A DNA stretch of 64,000 nt from Pseudomonadota bacterium (GTDB lineage Bacteria > Pseudomonadota > Gammaproteobacteria > Burkholderiales > Thiobacteraceae). Where the stretch lies: positions 6,856-70,855 of the forward strand of contig JBBTCZ010000042.1 in NCBI GenBank assembly GCA_038042985.1, written 5' to 3'. Positions 37,518 to 45,610 of this stretch are shown piece after piece. The first letter of the stretch is position 1, and the number at the start of each line of letters is the position of its first letter. The notes beneath the pieces were generated by a model. It made no database searches. It saw only the letters and a program-made list of their open reading frames with translations, and was not told the DNA's origin. Both the position numbers and the translations under genes were made by a program.

Positions 37518-38042
37518 TTAGTTGTCTTCAGGTGGCGCGCTGTGCATGATCTCGCGCAACATGCGGAACAGCGCGCGATAATTTGCCAAGGGTTTATTCA
37601 GTGCGCGCTCCTTACGCGTGTTGCGAATCAGGGTGCGCAAGGGTTGAGCATCGCAGGTTGGATATTGCGCGATGAATTCCGCCAGGGCTGCGTCATCTTC
37701 GACTAAACGATCGCGCCAGCGCTCGAGTTGATGCTGCTTAGCGGTTTCCTGATCGTTCACGCCGTTCCAGGCGTCGATTTGCGCCTGAATCGGCGCGGGA
37801 TCCACGCTGCGCATGATGCGCCCGATGAATTGCATTTGGCGCCGGATAGCTTCGTTTTTAGTCAGGCGTTTGGCTTCTATCACCGCATCGAGCAAGGCTT
37901 CGGGCAAGTGGAGTTGCTCGATCTGGCTGGATTTAAGCAAAACCAGCGTTGCGCCCAACTTTTGCAAGGCGGTCATGTCGCGCTTGCGCTGGGATTTGCT
38001 AACTTCGTCTTCGTCGTCTTCTAAGGGGGTAGATGCGGACAT
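37518..38042 (-). CDS. yjgA: Ribosome-associated protein YjgA/DarP (DUF615)
   Basis: 174 aa; acidic N-terminus then SKSQRKRDM.ALQ.LG..L. Divergent from pmbA, as in E. coli. Confidence 0.8.
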   Translation of the reverse strand: MSASTPLEDDEDEVSKSQRKRDMTALQKLGATLVLLKSSQIEQLHLPEALLDAVIEAKRLTKNEAIRRQMQFIGRIMRSVDPAPIQAQIDAWNGVNDQETAKQHQLERWRDRLVEDDAALAEFIAQYPTCDAQPLRTLIRNTRKERALNKPLANYRALFRMLREIMHSAPPEDN

Positions 38043-38112
38043 GCGGATTTCGCCGTGCGGGCTAAAATTGCTATGATAACCGCTTTCCCCAACCTAGCCT
38101 TAGACGACATTC

Positions 38113-39453
38113 GTGGAACCCAGCCGTTTTTCCTACTCGATCGACCAGCTTCAGCAAATTACCCAAGACATCTTGACCCAAGCCAAAGCCGCAGGCGCCA
38201 CCGCGTGCGAGGCGGAGGTAAACCAAGGTTTTGGCCAAAATGTGACCGTGCGCCTGAATCAAGTCGAGACCATCGAATACAACCGCGATAAAGGCCTGGG
38301 TGTCACCTGTTATTTCGGTCAGAAGCGCGGCCATGCCAGCACCTCGGATTTATCCGCCGAAGCGATTCGCGATACGGTGGCCAAAGCGCTGACCATTGCC
38401 AAATACACCGCCGAGGATGAATTCGCCGGCCTGCCCGAAGCCGATCGGCTGGCGCGCGACATACCCGATCTGGATTTGTACCACCCGTGGGACCTGCCGG
38501 TGGAGCAGGCCATCGAATTGGCGCAAACCTGTGAAGCCGCTGCGCTGGCGGTTGACCCGCGCATCAATAATTCCGAGGGCGGCTCCGTTTCCACGCAGGA
38601 ATCGATTTTCGTTTATGGCAACAGCCTGGGGTTTATCGCCGGCTATCCCACTTCGCGCCACAGCATTTCGTGCGCGGTGATCGCCGAATCGGATGCCGGT
38701 ATGCAGCGCGACTATTGGTACACCACTTCGCGCCAAGCCAGCGCATTGGAGCGCGCCGAATCCGTTGGCCGCATCACGGGTGAGCGCACGTTGCGTCGCC
38801 TGGATGCGAAGAAGCTCAAGACTATGCAAGCGCCGGTGATCTTCGAGGCGTCGATTGCCGCAGGTTTATTGGGCAGCTTCGTCTCCGCGGTGAGCGGCGG
38901 CAGTCTATATCGCAAGAGCTCGTTTCTGCTCGATAGCCTGGGCACGCAAATCTTCTCGCCTTTCATACAGATCGTCGAACGCCCCCATTTGAAGCAAGGT
39001 TTAGCCAGTGCGCCGTTCGATAACGAAGGGGTAACCACCACCGACCGTGCTGTGGTCAAAGATGGCGTGCTGCAAGGTTATTTTCTCTCCAGCTATTCGG
39101 CACGCAAGCTCGGCATGCACACTACGGGTAATGCGGGTGGCAACCATAACTTGATCATCGATACCAGCGACCTCGATTTCGCCGCACTACTAAAAAAAAT
39201 GGGGCGTGGCCTGGTGGTGACCGAGTTGTTGGGCCAAGGCGTCAACGCGATTACAGGCGACTATTCACGTGGCGCGGCGGGATTCTGGGTGGAAAATGGC
39301 GAGATTCAGTATCCGGTGGAAGAGATTACCATTGCGGGCAATTTGAAGGATATGTTTAAACAGATTGTGGCGGTGGGAAACGACATCGTGGTGCGCGGCG
39401 CGCGCCAGACCGGCTCGATCTTGATTGAAAATATGACTATTGCCGGCGAATAA
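38113..39453 (+). CDS. pmbA: Metalloprotease PmbA (TldE)
   Basis: 446 aa with a GTG start. The C-terminus GDYSRGAAGFWVENGEIQYPV.EITIAGNLKDM is almost identical to E. coli PmbA. Confidence 0.9.
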   Translation: MEPSRFSYSIDQLQQITQDILTQAKAAGATACEAEVNQGFGQNVTVRLNQVETIEYNRDKGLGVTCYFGQKRGHASTSDLSAEAIRDTVAKALTIAKYTAEDEFAGLPEADRLARDIPDLDLYHPWDLPVEQAIELAQTCEAAALAVDPRINNSEGGSVSTQESIFVYGNSLGFIAGYPTSRHSISCAVIAESDAGMQRDYWYTTSRQASALERAESVGRITGERTLRRLDAKKLKTMQAPVIFEASIAAGLLGSFVSAVSGGSLYRKSSFLLDSLGTQIFSPFIQIVERPHLKQGLASAPFDNEGVTTTDRAVVKDGVLQGYFLSSYSARKLGMHTTGNAGGNHNLIIDTSDLDFAALLKKMGRGLVVTELLGQGVNAITGDYSRGAAGFWVENGEIQYPVEEITIAGNLKDMFKQIVAVGNDIVVRGARQTGSILIENMTIAGE

Positions 39454-39481
39454 GCCGAGTGATGGCGTGGAGGAGGAAATA

Positions 39482-40567
39482 ATGGAACGTCGCAACTTCT
39501 TAAAACGCGCAGGTGCGGGTCTGGCCGTTGGCGCATCGTTTTCCTCACCCGCTATCGCCTCCACCGAGCCAGAAATAAAATGGCGTCTCGCTTCCAGTTT
39601 CCCTAAAAGCCTCGACACGATCTACGGCGCGGCCGAGTTGTTGGCCAAGCGCGTCGCAGCGCTCACCAACAATAAATTCCAGATTCGCGTGTTTGCTGGC
39701 GGCGAACTCGTGCCGGGGCTGCAAGTGTTAGATGCGGTGAGCCAAGGGACAGTGGAATGTGGGCACACCGCGAGCTATTACTACGCAGGTAAAAATAAAG
39801 CGTTTGTATTTGATACCGCGATGCCGTTTGGTTTGACCGCGCGCCAACAGAATGCCTGGTTTTATTACGGCGGCGGGTTGGCCCTGATGCGCGATTTGTA
39901 TAAACAATATGGCATCGTGAATTTCCCCGGCGGCAATACGGGCACGCAGATGGGTGGCTGGTTTCGCAAGGAGATCAAAAGCCTCGCCGACCTGAAAGGG
40001 TTGAAAATGCGCATTCCCGGTATCGGCGGCGAAATCATGTCGCGCTTAGGCGTGGTGACGCAAACCCTGGCGGGCGCGGACATTTATCCCGCCCTGGAAA
40101 AAGGTACGCTGGACGCTGCCGAATGGGTCGGGCCGTACGACGACGAGAAGCTGGGCTTTCACAAAGTGGCCAAGCACTACTACTACCCCGGCTGGTGGGA
40201 GGGTGGACCGAACCTGTCTTTCCTCGTCAATGCGAAAGAATGGGAAAAATTGCCGGCGCAATACCGCGAGGCATTCGACGTAGCGACGGCGGAGGCCAAT
40301 CTGCACATGCTGGCCGAATACGACGCGAAAAATCCCGCCGCGCTCGGGCGCCTGTTGAAGGGCGGCGCCAAGCTGCATGCGTTCCCGCCCGATATGATGA
40401 AAGCTGCGCTCAAGGTGGCGGAAGATATCTATCGCGAAGAGGCGGCAAAGAATCCTGCATTCAAAAAGATTTACGAGCCCTGGGCGCGTTTCCGCAACGA
40501 TCAGTTCCAATGGTTCCGCGTGGCCGAGGCCAGCTACGCCAACTTCACTTTTAATAACGTCAAGTAA
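39482..40567 (+). CDS. TRAP transporter substrate-binding protein (COG4663 / FcbT1-type), Tat leader
   Basis: ATG at 39482 with GGAGGAGG upstream. Leader MERRNFLKRAGAGLAVGASF. Typical WRL.SS.PK and GGW segments. Confidence 0.8.
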   Translation: MERRNFLKRAGAGLAVGASFSSPAIASTEPEIKWRLASSFPKSLDTIYGAAELLAKRVAALTNNKFQIRVFAGGELVPGLQVLDAVSQGTVECGHTASYYYAGKNKAFVFDTAMPFGLTARQQNAWFYYGGGLALMRDLYKQYGIVNFPGGNTGTQMGGWFRKEIKSLADLKGLKMRIPGIGGEIMSRLGVVTQTLAGADIYPALEKGTLDAAEWVGPYDDEKLGFHKVAKHYYYPGWWEGGPNLSFLVNAKEWEKLPAQYREAFDVATAEANLHMLAEYDAKNPAALGRLLKGGAKLHAFPPDMMKAALKVAEDIYREEAAKNPAFKKIYEPWARFRNDQFQWFRVAEASYANFTFNNVK

Positions 40568-40575
40568 TCGCGTTC

Positions 40576-41301
40576 ATGGAATTATCCGTCATCGTCCCGG
40601 TTAAAAACGAGCAGGAAAACATCCTGCCGCTGCTGACCGAGATTCGCGCCGCACTCGAAGGTAAGAGCGAATACGAAGTGATCTACATCGACGACGGCAG
40701 CACTGATCGCACCGCTTCGATCTTGCTGGAGGCGATGCGCGAATTTCCCCGGCTGCGCGTGCTGAGCCATGCGCAAAGCTGCGGCCAAAGCGCGGCAGTG
40801 ATCAGCGGCGTGCGCGTGGCCCTTGGCGAGTGGATCGCCACCCTCGACGGCGACGGGCAAAACGATCCGGCCGACATTCCGAATTTACTCGCCGTGGCGC
40901 GCGACCCGGCGCAGCCGAAAAATCTGCAACTCATCGCCGGCTGGCGCAAGCAGCGCAAAGACACTTGGTTGAAGCGCCTGTCTTCACGCATCGCCAACGG
41001 TGTGCGCTCGCGCATGCTGGGTGATGCCACACCCGACACCGGCTGCGGCCTCAAGCTCATCCCGCGCGCGGTGTATTTGCAATTGCCCTTCTTTAATCAC
41101 ATGCATCGCTTTCTGCCTGCACTAGTGCGGCGCAACGGCGGCGCGACCATCTCGGTCGAGGTCAATCACCGGCCGCGCATGCGTGGCGTGTCCAATTACG
41201 GGCTGCATAACCGGCTGTGGGTCGGCATCGTCGATATCTTCGGCGTGATGTGGCTGCAACGCCGCATGCGCCACCCGCAAGTGAGCGAGGTTTCGCGCTA
41301 A
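40576..41301 (+). CDS. Family-2 glycosyltransferase, polyprenyl-phosphate sugar transferase type (ArnC/GtrB/DPM1-like)
   Basis: 241 aa; LSVIVPVKNE, YIDDGSTD and DGDGQNDP (DxD) motifs, plus two C-terminal hydrophobic segments. Confidence 0.8.
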   Translation: MELSVIVPVKNEQENILPLLTEIRAALEGKSEYEVIYIDDGSTDRTASILLEAMREFPRLRVLSHAQSCGQSAAVISGVRVALGEWIATLDGDGQNDPADIPNLLAVARDPAQPKNLQLIAGWRKQRKDTWLKRLSSRIANGVRSRMLGDATPDTGCGLKLIPRAVYLQLPFFNHMHRFLPALVRRNGGATISVEVNHRPRMRGVSNYGLHNRLWVGIVDIFGVMWLQRRMRHPQVSEVSR

Positions 41302-42002
41302 TGCAGGCGCGCGCCATTCTGCGCGGCTTGATTTTCATCGCGTCACTCGTTGCCCTGGGCTATGTACTCGAAGCCACGCATTTCGGCGCCAGCATCAATC
41401 AAGCGTGGATCGACACCGAGATTCGCGGCAAAGGCCTGAGCGGCGAGTTGCTGTTTGTCGGTGTCGGCGCCCTTGCCGCCGCGCTCGCCATGCCGCGCCA
41501 GATCATCAGCTTCCTCGGCGGTTATGCATTCGGCTTTGTGCTCGGTGTTGCGCTGACCCTGGCCGCGGTCATAGCGGGCTGCATTGTTTCTTTTTTCTAC
41601 GCGCGCTGGATTGGGCGGCATTTCATCACGGCGCGTTTCGGTGCGCGCATTCAGCGCATCGATGATTTTCTCAGTTGGAGCCCATTTTCCATGACCTTGC
41701 TGATCCGCCTGCTGCCGATCGGCAACAACTTGGCCACCAATCTGGCGGCGGGCGTGACCAGCGTGCGCGCATTGCCGTTTTTTCTGGGTTCCTTGCTCGG
41801 CTATATCCCGCAGACCCTGGTATTTGCCTTGGTCGGCAGCGGCGTCAACGTCGATCCGGCGCTGCGCATCGGGCTAGCGGTGTTGCTGTTTCTGGTGTCA
41901 GGCGTGATCGGTGTGTGGTTGTATCGCAAATATCGCCACGGCCATACGCTGGGCGCGGAAGTGGATGCGGAGTTGGATCCTGAGGCGGCACGAGGCGGTT
42001 AA
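41301..42002 (+). CDS. TVP38/TMEM64 (DedA-superfamily) membrane protein
   Basis: TAATG overlap with the GT2 stop. Polytopic; the LIRL.P..P....N..AG segment is typical of the SNARE-associated / DedA fold. Confidence 0.65.
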   Translation: MQARAILRGLIFIASLVALGYVLEATHFGASINQAWIDTEIRGKGLSGELLFVGVGALAAALAMPRQIISFLGGYAFGFVLGVALTLAAVIAGCIVSFFYARWIGRHFITARFGARIQRIDDFLSWSPFSMTLLIRLLPIGNNLATNLAAGVTSVRALPFFLGSLLGYIPQTLVFALVGSGVNVDPALRIGLAVLLFLVSGVIGVWLYRKYRHGHTLGAEVDAELDPEAARGG

Positions 42003-42027
42003 TTTATTTTTTGATTTTTAAATTTCT

Positions 42028-43629
42028 ATGCGCCTACTCAAACAAGACCGCTATCTAATCGCGCTATTGCTCGGCTGGGCCGCACTCGCGCTCGCCGCGC
42101 TCTTCCTGCGCCCGCTATGGCCAGTGGACGAGACGCGCTATCTCGCGGTGGCGTGGGAGATGTGGCATCGCGGCGATTTTCTGGTGCCCTATCTCAATGG
42201 CGAGCCGTATAGCCACAAGCCGCCGCTGTTGTTCTGGCTGATTCATGCGGGCTGGGCGGTGTTCGGGGTGAACGAGTGGTGGCCGCGCTTGGTGCCGCCC
42301 TTGCTCGCGTTTGCCGGCGTGGTGCTGATGCGGCGCTTGGCGCGGCAGCTCTGGCCAGCACAAGCGGAATTGGCGAATACGGCGACCTGGATCATCTTCG
42401 GTACGCTTCTGTTTGCCGGCTTGTTCACGCTGTTGGGCTTCGATCCGCTGCTCATGTGCAGCACATTGATCGGCATGTCAGGCCTGGTGCGCGCGGTGCA
42501 GGGCGAGCGCATGCGCGGCCTGCTCTGGTTGGGCGTGGGCATTGGCCTGGGCGTGCTGTCCAAAGGGCCGGTGATTCTCTTGCACTTGCTGCCGGCCGCC
42601 GTGCTCGCGCCGTGGTGGGCGACATTGCCACGCGGCACCATCGTGCGCTGGTACCTCGGTGTGCTGGGCGCGCTGCTGTTGGGTGCGGTCATTGCGCTGG
42701 CTTGGGCCGCGCCCGCCGCTTATTTCGGCGGTGAGGCGTATCGCAATGCGATTTTCTGGGGACAGACCGCGGGGCGCATGACCGAATCATTCGCGCATCG
42801 CGCGCCGTGGTGGCATTACCTGTCGATGTTGCCGTTGATGTTGTTTCCATGGTTTTTGTGGCCCGCGTTTTGGCGCGGTATGTCGGGTTTGCGTCAATCA
42901 ATGAATGAACCGGGCATGCGTTTTTTAATTGCATGGATAGTGCCGGTGTTCATCGGCTTCTCGCTCATCAGCGGCAAGCAAATCCGCTATTTGCTGCCGC
43001 TCATCCCCGCCTTCGCCTTGCTCGCCGCCTATGCGCTGCAACGCGTGAAAGACAAACCCGCGCGCTTCGATTTGCTGTTGCCGGCATTGGCATGTTTCCT
43101 GTTGTCAGGAGTGTGGATCTATCTGCGCCTGCATCCTGCCAAGTTGGATTTACCCGAATACACATCAACTTTTCCGGCATGGCCGGCGTGGGCCTTTGCA
43201 CTGGTGGGTGCGGCGCTACTATTCGCTGGCCACACGCTGGCAACTCGGTTGCGCGTATTAGCGCTGGGCATGCTGGCGTTATTGACAGTGGCCTATCTCA
43301 GTGTGATCCCCCTGCTCGTGCCCTACATCGATACGCGACCGGTGGCGCAGCATCTGGCGAGCTTACAGGCGCGCGATATTCCCATCGCGTATTGGGGCAA
43401 GTACCACGCGCAATTCAATTTCGCTGGCCGTCTGACCAAACCATTGGCGCTGGTCGATAATGAATCAGTGCATGCCTGGGCGCGGCAGTATCCGCAGGGG
43501 CGCATTGTGGTGATCGATCGAGAGCCAACAGCAAGCGCAGCAAAGCCTGAGGTAGAGCGGCTGTTTCGCGGTGCTTATGTCAAAGTCTGGACGGGAGAAG
43601 GCTTGCTTGCCGCCAAAAGCGGGCCTTAG
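42028..43629 (+). CDS. GT-C fold glycosyltransferase (family 39/83, ArnT/PMT-like)
   Basis: 533 aa with more than 10 TM segments. N-terminal DETRY..VAWEM.....LVP.LNG.PY..KPPL..W motif. Confidence 0.8.
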   Translation: MRLLKQDRYLIALLLGWAALALAALFLRPLWPVDETRYLAVAWEMWHRGDFLVPYLNGEPYSHKPPLLFWLIHAGWAVFGVNEWWPRLVPPLLAFAGVVLMRRLARQLWPAQAELANTATWIIFGTLLFAGLFTLLGFDPLLMCSTLIGMSGLVRAVQGERMRGLLWLGVGIGLGVLSKGPVILLHLLPAAVLAPWWATLPRGTIVRWYLGVLGALLLGAVIALAWAAPAAYFGGEAYRNAIFWGQTAGRMTESFAHRAPWWHYLSMLPLMLFPWFLWPAFWRGMSGLRQSMNEPGMRFLIAWIVPVFIGFSLISGKQIRYLLPLIPAFALLAAYALQRVKDKPARFDLLLPALACFLLSGVWIYLRLHPAKLDLPEYTSTFPAWPAWAFALVGAALLFAGHTLATRLRVLALGMLALLTVAYLSVIPLLVPYIDTRPVAQHLASLQARDIPIAYWGKYHAQFNFAGRLTKPLALVDNESVHAWARQYPQGRIVVIDREPTASAAKPEVERLFRGAYVKVWTGEGLLAAKSGP

Positions 43630-43768
43630 ATTTCCCCGCCGTATACGCCCGCATCGGCAGCCTGACCTGTACCGCGCCATTATTTTTTCCACTATGTGTA
43701 TTACTTACGCTTCTGAGGCGACTAAGCGTATCGAAACCATCATGAACTAGAAATTTTCTGGGTCAATA

Positions 43769-45610
43769 ATGAAAAATGTATGGGTAGGGCAAATAGGGAA
43801 GTGGCAGCGGGGAGCGATTTTATGCGCAGCCCTTTGCGGATTGTGGGCGAGCCAAGCCGCCGCGCTGACGGCTCAAGACATCTTTCGCCAAGCGAGCGAC
43901 AGGATATGGGTGCTGGAGACCCTGGATGCTAAAGATCGGCTGATTTCATCCGCCGGGGCGGTGGTGATCGATGCCGGCAAGGCAATCGTGCAATGCGATG
44001 GGTTACAAGGTGCGGCCACGATACGCCTGGTTCGAGGCGAGAAAATTATTCGTGCCGAGCAAACAGGCGGCGCTGATCGCGAAGGGCTTTGTCTGTTGGC
44101 GTTGTCCAACCTTGTAGTAGCGGCGCCGGTGGAGTTCTTGCAAAAAGACCCTGAGGTAGGGGTGCGCGTGTTTGCCGTGAGTAACGCTTTGCAGCTCGGC
44201 CTGAGCATCTCCGAGGGGGTGGTGTCGGGTATACGTGATTTCGGCGGCGATACCTACATTCAATTCACGGCTGCCATCGCGCCGGGCTCCGAAGGCGGCG
44301 GGCTTTTCGACGCGGAAGGCAAGCTGCTTGGTTTTATCACTTACCGTGCCCGTGACGGACAGAACGTGAATTTCGCTATTCCCATTCGACGCTTGGCCGA
44401 GATCGAAAAACGCCTGGGTGCGGCCAGCGCAGCGGATGGCCTCAGTGCCACCGCAACTGGTCTCTTGCAGCAAGGTAAATGGGCGGATCTGGCGCAGCAT
44501 GCAAAAACATGGCTGGCGGCGGATGCTAACAGTGGTGCAGCTTGGGCATGGCTTGGCATTGCAGCGCAGCAGATGGGTGATTGGCCCGAGGCGGAGCGGG
44601 CTTATCGTGAAGTCCTGAAACGTGAGCCGAATGCGATCCTGTTTGGCGTCGGTTTATCCAATGCATTGCTCTATCAAAAAAAGGCGCAGGAAGCAGCCGA
44701 TGTCGCGCGCAGTTTGCTAGCGATCCGACAAGAAGATGCGAGTATTTGGGTAGCCCTGGGGCAAGCGGAGCTAAGCCTGGATCATGGCGCGCAAGCCAAG
44801 CAAGCTTTTGTAAGAGCGCTACAGGTGGATTCATTGAATTATGACGCCCACCTGGGCTTATCTCGAATTGCACGTGCCAACCGCGACTGGCGCGCGGCTG
44901 CCGCGGCGCATCGAGCGATGGCACGCGTGACGCCGAATGATGTAAACACTTGGTTGTTGCTTACAGAGGTGTATCTATTTGATCAACGTCCTAAACGTGC
45001 GCTTGCCAGTGCAGAGCAGGCCATCGCCTTGGCGCCAGACAACAGCGATGCCAAGTTATTCAAAGGCGCAGCGCTGGTCATGGACCGCCGTTATCGTGAA
45101 GGCATCAAAGTACTCCAGTACGCAACGGAAGGGCCAACGCAACGGCCTGGTTGGGCCTGGGAAAATCTTGGCAGCGCCTACTACGCGCTCAAGATGTACC
45201 CGGAAGCAATCGGCGCGTATACCCAGGCGGTGAAGCTTCAGCCAGCCGCTATATCGGCAAAGCAAAGTCTAGGTCTAGCGCTGAAAGATGGGTTGCGTTT
45301 TACAGAGGCGCTCGCGCTGTTTGAAGAACTCAAGACCGCCAATCCAGACGATCCATTTCCCTGGCGTCAAATCGGCTACGTGCATAGCTATCGTGCCAAT
45401 CCGGAGCAAGCGATTCCTGCATACAAGCAATCGCTGCAATTGGATAGCAAACAGCCCCGAGTCTGGCAGGCCCTAATCGAGGCCTATCATGTTGCGGGGC
45501 GCAAGGAAGAAATGAAACGGGCCTACGAACAACTGCGAACCATCGATGCCCAAACTGCAGAAACCGTCTACAAGCGAATGATTTTTCCCTATGAAGGGAG
45601 CGCGCTATGA
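43769..45610 (+). CDS. Periplasmic trypsin-like-fold + TPR protein with all three catalytic residues substituted (predicted pseudoprotease)
   Basis: 613 aa with a signal peptide. Aligned by eye with the downstream paralog: NCHVV->QCDGL, RDLCRL->EGLCLL, PGSSGGG->PGSEGGG. Long C-terminal TPR array. Confidence 0.75.
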   Translation: MKNVWVGQIGKWQRGAILCAALCGLWASQAAALTAQDIFRQASDRIWVLETLDAKDRLISSAGAVVIDAGKAIVQCDGLQGAATIRLVRGEKIIRAEQTGGADREGLCLLALSNLVVAAPVEFLQKDPEVGVRVFAVSNALQLGLSISEGVVSGIRDFGGDTYIQFTAAIAPGSEGGGLFDAEGKLLGFITYRARDGQNVNFAIPIRRLAEIEKRLGAASAADGLSATATGLLQQGKWADLAQHAKTWLAADANSGAAWAWLGIAAQQMGDWPEAERAYREVLKREPNAILFGVGLSNALLYQKKAQEAADVARSLLAIRQEDASIWVALGQAELSLDHGAQAKQAFVRALQVDSLNYDAHLGLSRIARANRDWRAAAAAHRAMARVTPNDVNTWLLLTEVYLFDQRPKRALASAEQAIALAPDNSDAKLFKGAALVMDRRYREGIKVLQYATEGPTQRPGWAWENLGSAYYALKMYPEAIGAYTQAVKLQPAAISAKQSLGLALKDGLRFTEALALFEELKTANPDDPFPWRQIGYVHSYRANPEQAIPAYKQSLQLDSKQPRVWQALIEAYHVAGRKEEMKRAYEQLRTIDAQTAETVYKRMIFPYEGSAL

